Shown one piece after another: positions 36,462 through 48,348 of a DNA stretch of 64,000 nucleotides (within the stretch, counting starts at the first letter, position 1; the number at the start of each line of letters is the position of its first letter). The position numbers and the translations under genes were made by a program. The notes under the pieces are model-generated. The model saw only the letters and a program-made list of their open reading frames with translations. It was not told the origin of the DNA and ran no database searches. The stretch comes from Mobula hypostoma (Eukaryota), in contig NC_086097.1 in NCBI RefSeq assembly GCF_963921235.1, forward strand, positions 187,800,001 through 187,864,000, in the 5' to 3' direction.

Positions 36462-39180
36462 TTGTAGCAAAAGGAAGCAACATGAAATTTCGACAAGTGG
36501 GCAATAACGCTGGAACCCAGCAATGAGCAGGCAATGTCTCTGCCTGAGACATATGAATCATGGCTGATTTTCTCAGAGTCGTCTGTTCTGAGTTTGAGTG
36601 GAGATTATAAAAGAGAGAGGAGAAAGCTTTCATAATACACGGTATCACCTGTATTTCAGTCCTTTGTCTTTCTTTGGTGCATCATTCCGTATAGGCCTTT
36701 TATCTGCAAGCTTGATGCCCTCGTGGATTTTGATTCCAGGTTAAGAAAACGGAAAACAAAGAACATATTTATCAAGACTGGTACTGGTGAACGTACTTGT
36801 CAAGACTGGTACTGGAACGTATTTTGAGGACACTTCTGGTGACTTGATCTTTTCTCTAGGCAAGGAATACCCTTGAAATTTTGCATTAATTTTCCAAAGT
36901 GGATCGCTGACTATCTATTGAAGAAATATTGCTGCATTTGATCCTTGTATGTAGCAGGCTAGAATTATAAAATACAGAAAATCAAATGGTTCAAGTAACA
37001 GGGGCCAAAATATCTGCAATATTGTTAACAGCCTTAAATATATTTTTCATTTTTGTTTTTTTAAAAGTTATTTTGGGTAAAATCAATGTGTGGGATTTTT
37101 CAATTACTGTTGTACACATAGACAAATTCAGAAGAGTTGAAGAGTTCTTATAGATTGGTTTTCAAGCTGCCACTCACAGGGGCTGTTCAAACTTCTCTGA
37201 ACCCACTAAGAGTGGTTTAGCATAGATTTTTATTTTTTATTTTTTCTAGCTTAGATATTTAAGAATTGTGGAATGAGAGAAATGCATTTGTTGTAAAAAC
37301 TAACAGTGAAGTGACTTCTGAAATTGCTATGAGAATGGCCTCAGCATATATAAATATATGTTATATAATGATATAGATGAATTTCTAATTGGTTGAAAGA
37401 GATATGCATTAATGAACGACATACAATCAAAACTGAGCTCTCTTTCTCAGCTGATTGTATTTTAATGCTCATGTGATATTTTTAACTAGGGTTATTAAGT
37501 AAGATGCTTGTTGATTGTTACAGAGATCAGTTGTATCTGGGCATGTCTTAATTGCCAATGACCAATATTTATTGCTATTATATACAGACTGAGCCGATGG
37601 TAGCAGTGCACACCAGCCCTATCAGCATTCAGTATTAAATGTACTAATAACAATTTACAATGTCATAGTGTTCTAAAGTTACGCTTGCAGTAACAGACAG
37701 GTAGAAATTGTGGAAGTCCACATTTGAATAAATTCTGTTTGAAGTTCTGTATGTCTTAGCAGTGAGTTTTGGATCAGTGCAATGATCTTCATACATTAAA
37801 ATTTTCACATTTCATTCTCCATTCTCATTGTATGAATATCAGAAATTCACTTTACTCAGCAGCAGAGGTCAGGAGAACAGAAAGTATTTTTAAAAATCAG
37901 CAGGTTATTTATTGAGCAAAAGGACATCAGACATGGGCTTCTTTCAGCTTCTACCTTACCATAACACAATTATTGTGTTTTCATGTGGAATACTTTTTCC
38001 ACAGTGTTTCAAAGCCCAGTGACTGATTGAAGTTTTGGATGGTTTTAAGAGCTGCTTCCCCTGGGAGCCAGCTTGTCAATGGGCCATAGACTGATGCAAC
38101 AGACTAATATGAAAGTTACAGATATCAAAGTTTGTGTTTGTTTGGAAGTAAGTTTTTTTTTAAAAACATACATCGTCACTTCAATACTGTTTCAAACTAT
38201 TATAATCTGAGAATTTTGTATGTCTTAATTCAGAAAATGTTCTACATCATAAAATTGTTTTCCCTTTTTCCTGTGTCTACTCTGACCTTTAGCTGCCATT
38301 TATAAAAACATTTAACAGGAATGAAAACTAAACAGACATAATTGACTGGACCTATTATTTCTGTTATTAGCCACAGTTAAAGATAATTGTTCTTTCCAGT
38401 ATGATCTACAGTATTGGACTTACCAGACTGTAATTTATAGATGTTTAAAATCATCTTCAAAGGGTACTGTTGTTTGAACAAACGTTCTTTCCATTGCAAT
38501 TAATCTTACACCTTTTTTTTGCAGTAATTCCAGCTGTCCATTTTATTTGACTTTTGAAAACTGCTAGACAAATTACTTGCAGAACAGCTTGATACTAAGT
38601 GATTCTATTATTGGCAGGAATAGCTAGATTTTCTGTTGATATTCAGGGAAAGCCATCCTATTTTCCCCAAAATTTGAGTTGTCACCATCTATTACTTTAC
38701 CAATTCATTGCATGGACCTATTGAATATAATATACTGAACTGGGATAAAAATTACTTCCTTTAATCTCTTCCAATTAGTGGTTACTCTGAGGTGGATGGA
38801 AGTCAAGGAAGTAGGAGAATTTTACTCCACATATGAACATAGCTTGTCATAGGTAATGGATTATTTATGTTTACATTCTTCCTGCTAGAACCCTTTGACT
38901 GCTATGGGTGGTCATATTGAATATATATTAAGTGTTCAAATCAACACATCAGTTGCCTCACACACAACCATGGCAATCAAAGAGTTAAGGGTTGTGCAGT
39001 AAATGTTTTGTATTTATCAATTCATATTTATTGTCAGCTTAAGTGTCTTTCCTTGGGAAGGCTTTTATACTATTATATATCTTATGTACGTATTTGACAT
39101 CACTGTTTCATTGTGTTGTATTTTAAAAAAAAAGGGAAAAAATCTGTCAATAAATGAGAATCCAGACCAAAAAAAATTCT
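36462..39180 (+). other. MMP16: Probable MMP16 3' UTR (end approximate)
   Basis: Follows the stop codon. AT-rich with no recognisable TE for ~2.7 kb, ending near AATAAA at 39149-39154. Confidence 0.65.
39149..39154 (+). promoter_or_regulatory. Candidate distal polyadenylation signal of MMP16
   Basis: AATAAA with upstream TGTA and downstream GT/T-rich tract (gtattcttttgtgaatttgt); repeats resume shortly afterwards. A proximal AATAAA lies at 37727-37732. Confidence 0.6.
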
Positions 39181-39264
39181 TGGAAGTATTCTTTTGTGAA
39201 TTTGTCATGAGAAAATCTTTTGATCTGTGTTTGTAATCACTAAATGATCAAATCCCAGGAATTT

Positions 39265-39333
39265 CCAATCCACCCTGAACACAGAAGCTAAGTAGACTTG
39301 GACCTGGTTAATACTTGGATGTGAGATTACCTG
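39265..39333 (+). pseudogene. 5S rRNA-derived fragment (pseudogene or SINE3-type head)
   Basis: 39284-39333 matches the vertebrate 5S segment GAAGCTAAGCAGGGTCGGGCCTGGTTAGTACTTGGATGGGAGACCGCCTG at 40/50 by manual alignment; upstream CCACCCTGAAC matches the 5S 5' part. Confidence 0.8.
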
Positions 39334-40339
39334 AATGTAACAAAACATCTATATTTTTACATATACTGACACTAGGTTACTATAATGTAAAGCATATCGT
39401 AATGTCTGGGTTCCTTAACTGACATCTCAATTCTAAATTATCTAACCCCAATCCGTGAACACGATTTCTGGATTTTCCCCATCATCAGGAGCATCTTTCT
39501 TGCATCCAGTCAATCCAATCCATGGATTTAATAATGATGTTCAGTAATGCCAATCTCTCTCCATACCCAAATACTGCCATCCCAGAAAACAATCCAGTGA
39601 ACCTTCACTTCCTTCAGCAGTAACATCCATCTTCAGGTAAGGAGACCAAAACTGCATGTAATAGTGTAGTATCTTTAAGGCTCTGTACAATTGCAGTAGG
39701 ACAACCCTGCTCTTCTACTCAGTGCCTCTCAGAGTGAATTCCAATATTCCACTTGTTTTTTTAAAAAACTGCTTGTATCAGATGACATGCTTACTTTCAT
39801 CATCTAGATCTTATTATAACTCAGCTAATCCCATCATTCAGATAATAATCAGTCCCACATATTTTTGCCCCCAAATGTATGCACTTGCATACATTTACCT
39901 ACATACTCTAACTGAACTATCATTCTGAAACCTTACTGCATTCTCTTCGTGGCTTTACTTGCACACAGCTTTCTCGCAGTCAGAAGCGGGGATAAATTTA
40001 ATTCTCTCATCCTTGCCAAAAGACAGCAGGTCCTGATGAAAAGTCTTAGCCTGTTCACTTCATAGATGTTACCTGAACCACGGAGTTCCTCCAGCATTTT
40101 CTGTGTACATTCACATTGAAGTCTTTTTGCCAGAATTATACACAAAAAGATTTCTTAATTATTTTCAATTATATTTAAATTATTGTGATACATCAGAAAT
40201 GACTTGCCAAGGGGTCCATTGTCAATTAGTAAAAATTACAGTGATTTGAACATTACTTTGAAAGCAATAGGAAAAAATACTCATGCAATTCCTGATGGCA
40301 AGGTTATTAATACAATATGTCACATAGCCATGCTTAATT

Positions 40340-40602
40340 CTGTTATTTATTTATTGAGATACTGCACAGACTAAGCCCTTCCAGCTCTTTGAGCCACTCT
40401 GCCCAGCAGTTCCACAATTTTTAAATCCTAGCCTAATCACAGGACAATTTACTATGATCAATTAACTTACCAAGCAGTCCATCTTTCGATTGTGGGAGGA
40501 AACCCATGTGATCACGGGGGGAACATACAGGCAGTGGGGGGATTTGAACCAGGGTCACTTGTACTGTTAAGTGTCGTGCTAACCACTATGCTATTGTGCC
40601 GC
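40340..40602 (-). mobile_element. tRNA-derived SINE
   Basis: Minus strand A box TAGCATAGTGG and B box GGTTCAAATCC; 3' (aataa)n tail. Confidence 0.8.
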
Positions 40603-40854
40603 AATTCACAGATGAAAAGGGCTAAATCAAGATTGAGAACTTTAATCAGTGTTTCCTACTAAAAAAAATGTAATAAATGCAAGGGTAATTATTACATATT
40701 CTCTGCTTCTCAACACAAAATCTATGTAAATTCAGCATGCAGAGGTTGAATTTGGGACATTGATGGCCTGTAACATTCATTCATTCAACATGTGAGACCA
40801 CTAAACCATTGCTAACTCTTTCATTTCTTTGAATTGTATTTTGTATATCTTTTA

Positions 40855-43735
40855 GAGTCAGATAGAGTCATACAAAACTGCAATACAGAGGGCCCATCTA
40901 CTCCCTGCCAACTCTCTCATCCATGCACCTAACACAACTTACCTTAAATGCTTCAGTTGAACCCACATCTACCACTTGTGTTAGCAGCCAATTCCACACT
41001 CACACCACACTGAGTTAAGAGGTTTTTCCTCAGCTTCCTCTTAAATATTTGATCTTGACTATAAACTATGACATCTAGTTCTAGACTCACCAAACCGCAG
41101 GAAAACTCTTGCTTGTATTTACCTTTTTTAAATCTCTCATAATTTTGTATACATCTATAAAGATCTCCCTTCATTCTCCTACATTCCAGATGACCGGTGA
41201 TGTTCTTCATGGGTCAGTTTTTGGAAGGCTTCTTTTCATGTTTTATGTCATTAATTTGGATGTCACAATTGATGACTTTGTGGCCAAGTTTGTGGATGAT
41301 AGGTGGAGGGGCAGGTAGTGTTAAGGAAGCGGGGAATCCACAAAAGGACCTGGATTAAGAGAATGAGCAATGAGATGGAAGATACAATATAGTGTAGGGA
41401 AGTATTTGGTCATGCACTTTGGTGAAAGGAATAAATGGGGAGAACATTCAGAAATCAGATGAACTAGGGGTCCTTGTGCAGGATTCCCTAAAGGTTGACT
41501 TGCAGGCAGAGCTGGTGGTTAGGAAGGCAAGTGCAATGTCAGTATTGATTTCGAGACGGATAGAGTATAAAAGCAAGGATGCAATGCTGAGGCTTTACAA
41601 GGCATTTGGAGTAATGTGAGCAGTTTTGAGCCCCTTATCTAAGAAAGGATGTGTTGGCTTTGGAGGTGGTCAAGAAGGTTCATAAGAATGATCCCCGGAA
41701 CAAAAGGGTTAACATACAAAGAGCATTTGATGACTCTGGCCTGTACTCACTGGAGTGTAGAGTACTGGAGCATGGATGGATCTCTTTGAAACCTATTGAA
41801 TATTGAAGGGCCTAAATGGAGAGGATGTTTACTACAATAGGGGAGTCCAGATTCAGTGGGCACAGCTTCCGAATAGAAGGACATCTCTTTAGAAAAAAGA
41901 TGGAGAGATTTCTTTAGTGAGAGGAGGGATGACATTACCAGTCAGGGAAAATGTCACAGCAGTGCTCAGTCAGGACAGACTGGAGAACTCGTCTAGTGAG
42001 GCCTTATGGGTGGAACTGAGGAATAAGAAATGTATGACCATGTTAATGGGGCTATATTTTAGACGAGCCAACAGACTGAAGATTTAGAGGAACAAATTTG
42101 TAGAGAGATCACAACCCATTCCATGAAATGAAGTTGTTATTGTAGGTGATTTTAACTTTCCAGATATTGACTAGCATGCCCATACTGTAAAAGGACTAGA
42201 TGGGATAGAGTTTGTCATGTGTTCAGGAAAGTTTCTTTCATTAGTACATAGAAGTCCCAACGAGAAAATATGTGATACCTGATCTGCTATTAGGTAATGA
42301 GACAGGGCAGCTGACAGAAGTTTGTGTAGAGGAACACATAATGATCATAATGCCATTAGTTTCAAGGTAATTATGGAAAACAATAGGTCTGGTCCTCAAC
42401 ACACAAAACGCTGGAGGAACCCAGCAGGCCAGGCAGCATCTATAGAAAAAGTACAGTCAACGTTTTGGACTGAAAACTTTCATCAGTTGCTCCAGCATTG
42501 AGTGTGTGTTGCTTGCATTTCCAGCATTTGCAGATTTTCTCTTATTTGGGTTTGAGTTGAGGTTCTAACTTGGAGAAAGACCAGTTATGATGGTATCAGA
42601 AAGTATGTTGCAAGTGTGGATTGGAACAGGTTGTTTTCTGGTAAAGGTGTACTTGCTCAGTGGGAACCTTCAAAGTTGAGATTTTCAGAGTACAGAACTT
42701 GTATATATTTATCAGAATGGACCCTATACAGATTACAGAGGAGGCGGTGTTTGCTGTCTTGAGGCAAATTAGGGTGTACAAATTCTCAGGGCCTGACAAG
42801 GTGCTCTCTTGGACCCTGTGGGAGGCAAGTGCAGAAAATGCATGGACACGAGCAAAGATATTTAAATCATCCTTACCTCCATGAGCTTGCTGGTGCTTTG
42901 CTTCACTTGTATAGATTCTGTGCCCATCTACCAAGTAAAAAATAGATGTAATAAAATCATTTAAGATCTTCCTCATCTCTGGCTCCACGCATGTATTACC
43001 ATTCTGATCTTCCAGAGGACCAATTTTGTCCCTTACAATCCTTTTGCTCTTAATATATCTGTAGAAGCCCTTGGGATTCTCCTTCGCCTTGTCTGCTAGG
43101 GTAACCTCATGCCTTCCTTTGGCCCCCATGAATTCTTTAAGCGTTCTCTTCTTATACCCGCTTAAGTACCTCCATTGTTCTTACCCACTTATACCTGCTA
43201 TGCACCTCCATTTTCTTTTCTTAACCAGGGCCACAATATCTGTTGAAAACCCAGTTTCCCTAAATCAGTTATCCTTGCCTTTTATTCTGATAGGCACATA
43301 CTGGAGGTTTGGAGGATAGCTAATGTTGTGCTACTGTTTAAGAAAGGGGGGAGGGAACGTCTACTCAGACCATGAGAGGCCTGCATCAGGCATTTCCATG
43401 CCTTACAAGGTGCAGATTGGAAGTCTGTGTGGGGCGCCACTCCACATTTTGTTTAAGAATGGTTCTAACAATAAACCAGGAAATTAAAGGCTGGTAAGCC
43501 TGGCATCAGTGGTGGGAAATCTACTGGAAGATATTCTAAGGGATCGGATAGACAGGGACTAATTAGGGATAGTCAGCATGGCTTTGTGTGTCGGAGATTG
43601 TGTCTAACCAATCTTAAGAGTTTTTTTGAGGAAGATATCAGGAAAGTTGAAGGCATTTGACAAGGTCTTACATGAAAGTTTGGTCAAGGTGGTTCAGTTG
43701 CTTGTCATTCAAGATAAGGTAGTAGATTGAATTGG
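40855..43735. mobile_element. Patchwork of CR1 LINE fragments in both orientations, with a Penelope hairpin at ~42398-42545
   Basis: Peptides FVAKFVDD, LGVLVQDSLK, KENPKGFYRYIKSKR, FSGPDKV; abrupt strand switches at ~41190, ~42880 and ~43300. Confidence 0.8.
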
Positions 43736-43736
43736 C

Positions 43737-45520
43737 TATTGGGTTCTCAACTCTGCCACAATCTCCTCTACTGCTCCCTTGGGTAGGCCATCTGTGGTCA
43801 CTCCGCCGCAGGGGACCACTACTGAGGACTGTGGCCTGTTGACGAAGGCCTCCCGCACCTCCAGTGCGTTCTCCTCTTCCCATACCTCTCTGATCAGCTC
43901 AACGGAAGATGGGGGGGTGGGGGGGGGCGCATCTTACCAGACTGTCAGAGACCCCAAGCAATCAGGTCCTGGGAGACCCCTGGCTATCTGGTCCACTCTT
44001 AACTGATCCACCTCAGCTGCCTGAATGACCCTTCTGCGCTGCAAGCAACTTAGTTGCCTCTCTAGCTGAAAAATAAGCAGAAAGCTTCTCCCCCTTCTCT
44101 TGACACATGTTCTGAATCCCCGCTATGAGCTCCATTGGGCTTCCTGTTGGGCCAAAAGCATTGTCCAGTGCTTGCATGTAGTTGACAGCTGTTGCTAAGG
44201 GATACTGCAACCTAACGGCTCTCACAACGTCAGCAGCCCGCCCAGTCAAACTCTCAATGAATCTCTGTCGCTTTACGTCAGAGCACGGCCACTCATCTAA
44301 CAACTGAGAGGTCCGCTCCACCCAAGTCTCACTCCTCTTCCCCTTTAGGGGTGGGTGTTATTCCAGAGAATAGGCGTAGCCTACCATAGCAGGGACATTG
44401 AACCTGGGCATTTTTCCATTTATTTGCCAAAGAGGCAAGGGTGGATACTAACTCAGAATTCTCACTCTTCACTGGGGGATGTGGGCCAATTAGAGGTTCC
44501 AAATCTGACCACTCCTTCCCCTCACTCCTCAGAAATGATAGAACCCCATCTCTGAAATCTACCACTACGTCAAAGGGGTTCAAAAGTTCAATTTAATATC
44601 AGAAATATATACAATATACATCCTGAAGTGCTTTTTCTTTGCAAAACATCCATGAAAACAGAAGTGCCCCAAAGAATGAACAACAGTTATACGTGAGAAG
44701 CCCAAAGTCCACCCCAGCTCCCCCCTCCCACGTGTAAGTGGCAACAAGGCAACGATACCCCATTCCCGGCAAAAAAAGTGTACCCGCTACCAAGCACAAG
44801 CATGAACTAAAACGATAGCAAAGACACAGACCTTGCAGTTACCCCAAAGCCTATCACATTTCATCCGGCATTCGACAAACCACAGGTTCTCTTCCTTACC
44901 AGGGAGAGAGAGGGAGGTATCCCCCATTTTCACAGTGAGCAGGGACATAACAACAACCTGCTGGTTTACAATATTAAAAGTCCGTTTCGTGGCTTTTTAC
45001 AAGCTCTGTGCCTGAAGGTCACAAAGATCTCGGGCCCACAGCGAAAGAGTTTCTGGCCTCCCCGACGACACACGAGCCTCCTGCCGTGACACCGACCCTC
45101 GATACTCCCGTCTCCAGAGCCCTGAGATCTTAGATTTCCAAACACTAGGCTGCCTCTCAGGACAAAACCCTTGGCGTGCTGAACAACAGCTGGTCCTGAA
45201 ACCCTGTGAATGGGTCCCATTCCCACAAAGAACCAAAGTCTGCATGTAACTCCAGGTCAGGGTCTTCAAAAGAACCCTGAAAGGGAAAAATAAAGATATT
45301 AAAGATGGAAATAGAGCTGTATCTGAAGATGCAAGCAAAGAAGTCACCATTTAACATTAGCGCTGGTCTGCATTAAAAAAAAGATCTGCACCTGCCATTT
45401 TAGCAAACCTCCACCCCGCAATTACAACTTTAACAGTACTTAACAGGTGAATTAACAATTCATCCGGAGTACAAATATCTACCCCACTGGTTCCATGTTC
45501 AGGGTAATCACACAGCATCC
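43737..45520 (-). pseudogene. Frameshifted Gypsy gag of PNMA type, split by an insertion at ~44577-45352
   Basis: YGRLRLFSGITPTPKGEEE / ETWVERTSQLLDEWPCSDVKRQRFIESLTGRAADVV...ALDNAFG...QEKGEKLSAY / PPPSSVELIREVWEEE, all PNMA/Gypsy capsid-like motifs; N-terminal remnant at 45353-45520. Confidence 0.85.
44577..45352 (-). mobile_element. Non-coding LINE-derived insertion inside the gag
   Basis: ttcaaaagttcaatttaat tail like other LINE tails here; interrupts gag homology; no credible ORF. Confidence 0.65.
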
Positions 45521-45650
45521 AACAAAATCATCCCGAACAATACCCCTACAATTGTAACTCTTGGTTCAGCTAGTAGCTTAATCTAGGGGAAGACAGCCCT
45601 CGGCCCGGCCAAACTTAAGAGATCTTGTTTGGGTGGATGCTGCGCGATCC

Positions 45651-46084
45651 TGTTACAAATCAGTACCCCAAAATAACAAACAGTACACAATATGAGATTA
45701 AACAATTTAGCTTTATAATTCTTAATTTGACTATATGGTTAGTAAAGAAACAAAAAGGGGCCCATTCTTATGAAACAGTCTAATACGCAACATTGGAGCT
45801 CACAGTTTAATCCATTGGTTTCTCATTGACTTCCTCCGAGTGTGGCCGACCCTCGCTCCAAGTCCACTCCGTTCAGCAGTCTACCAACTATCTCCATTCA
45901 CATCTTCTCTCCTCATCTCTCCCCAGCAAAAGACTGAAATCCCTGCTCCCAGACCCACAAGAATGAACAACATCCTTCTCATTGGATAACCCCACATTCC
46001 AAAGCCCCATTATCTCTAGTCATAACCCAAACATTACTGCTACAGAGAAACCATATTAGCGGCGAAACCTTACAGTGCGTTACA
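45651..46084 (-). mobile_element. 5' LTR (434 bp) of the Gypsy element
   Basis: Minus strand TGTAACG...TGTAACA termini, located directly upstream of the leader and gag. Confidence 0.8.
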
Positions 46085-46959
46085 TGTGCAGACCTGTGTT
46101 ATTGTGCATTACACCTTGGGCCATATATATGTATAACTGAATTTTACAGTAGCAAACCTATAAAGAATGCCTAGACTTATTATATTTCAACGATTTGGCA
46201 AGGCTTTCCTCAGCAGAGAATTTCTGTAACACGATAAGCGCATCATCTATTAATCTAATTCAAAATATACTGATAAGCTTTAAAAATCTATTTCACAGCC
46301 AACAACAGTGATTTAATAATACAGGTATTACTACTGAAACAATAATGTTCTCATAAAAATTATCAAACATGAATCTTCACAGATTCGCTCATGATGATCC
46401 TTGGCACAATTCCTGCAGTGTTAATATGGAACCAGCAATAATTAATTGAAAGTAACTTAATAATCTGCAAAACTGGGTGCATATATCAAAGTCAGGTTAT
46501 TTCACAAATGGATTTGACAGTCATAAAGCCCCTAAACTTCGTAAACAATGTTTACGAAGTGAACACAATGTTTTTTTCTAATCAATGTAGACCATTCTGA
46601 TGAACATCAGTGCTTCAACTAACTCTTGACAGCTGCAAGTCCCATTCCCTAATTCCTGTTTTTTTGAACACAAATTGCACTCACTAAGTTCAATTTCTAT
46701 GATTCACAGTAACAATCTTGGAAAATTATGAATTTTTAAACTTCTGAAACAATCCCACTGATACTTCCATACACCTGTCTCCAGTGGGGACCTGGTTTAG
46801 TTGGATCGTTATGTCCATTGAATGAAAAAAAAACAAGCAGAGTTGACCTGATATCTTCACCACTTGCTAGTTCTCGTTAGGACCACCATTGGGAAATTAC
46901 TGATAGATCTAAAGAAGCAGTAGTAACAACCTGTGACTCCCATGAATGGAGAGAGCCAC

Positions 46960-48348
46960 ATCTTTTGGCAAGGTGCCAGCCCCAATGGAATATCTGGTAA
47001 TATTGTGAAAACTTGCGGATGTACTCAAGGACATTTTCAATCTCTCGTACTATGGCCAGAAGTTCCCATCTGCTTCAAAAGGGCAAGAATGATACCAGTT
47101 TCCAAGAAGAGTAGTGTGAGCTGCCTTAATGACTGTCATCCAGTAGCACTAACATCTACGGCAATGAAATGCTTTGAGAGGTTGGTCATGGCTAGAATAA
47201 ACTTCAGCCTCAGCAAGGATCTGGACCCACTGCAGTTTTCCTATTGCCACAATACGTCTATGGCAGATGCAATCTCAATAGCTCTTCACACGGCCTTCGA
47301 TCACCTGGCCAATACAAACACCTATATCAGGATGCTGTTTGTTGACTATAGCTCTGCATTTAACACCATCATTCCTACAGTCCAGATCAATAAGCTATGG
47401 AACTTGGGCCTCCATACCCCTTCTGCAACGAGATCCTCAACTTCCTAACCAGAGACCACTATTTGCATAGTGGTAATAAAATCTCCTCCTCGCTGACAAT
47501 CAATACTGGTGCATCTCAGTTGTGTGCTTATCCCACTGCTCTACTCTCTCTATACCTGTGACTGTGTAACTAGACACAGCTCAAGTGCCATCTATAAATT
47601 TGCTGACGATACAACCATTGTTGGCAGAATCTCAGATAGAGATGAAAGGGCGTACAGGACTGAGATATACCAGCTGGTTGAGAAGTGCAGCAGCAACAAC
47701 CTTGCAATCAATGTCAGTAAGACCAAAATGGACCAGAAGTGGTAGGATGTCAGGACATAAACCAATCCTCAGAGGGATCAGAAGTGGAGAGAGTGAGCAA
47801 TTTCAAGTTCCTGGGTGTTAAAATCTTTAAGGATCTAACCTGGTCCCAACATATCAAAGCAGCTAGGAGGAGGCAAGATAGCAACTACATTTCATTAGGA
47901 GTTTGAGGAGATTTGATTCGTCACCTAAAGTACTCGAAAAGTTCTACAGGTGTACCATGGAGAGCATTCTTACAGGCTGCATCACTGACTTTTATGGACA
48001 CCTGTACAGGATCAAAAGAAACTACAGAAAGTGGTTAAATCAGTCAGCTCCATCTTGAGTACTAGCCTCCATAGTATCCAAGATATTTTCATGGAGCAAT
48101 GCTTCAGAAAGGTGGTATTCAATATTAAGGATCCCCATTACTCAGGACATGCCCCTGTTCTCATTGCTACCATCAAGGAGGAGGTTTGGAAGCCTAAAGG
48201 CACACACTCAGCGATTCAGGAACAGCTTCTTCCCCTCAGCCATCTAAATGGACATTTAACCCATGAATACCAGTTCATTTTTAGAATTTCTGTTTTGCAC
48301 TATTTTTATTTTAACTATTTAATATACATAAGTATACTTACTGTTATT
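46960..48348 (+). mobile_element. 5'-truncated Rex1/Babar LINE (RT + C-terminus); tail resumes at 50912-51022
   Basis: ORFs 46933-47448 (PVALTSTAMKCFERLV, LDPLQFSY, RMLFVDYSSAFNTIIP) and 47509-47745 (PLLYSLYT, KFADDTTIVG). Confidence 0.9.

Noticed and set aside
43737..44583. Domesticated PNMA host gene
   Set aside because: Multiple frameshifts, an internal insertion and an adjacent LTR indicate a dead retrotransposon.
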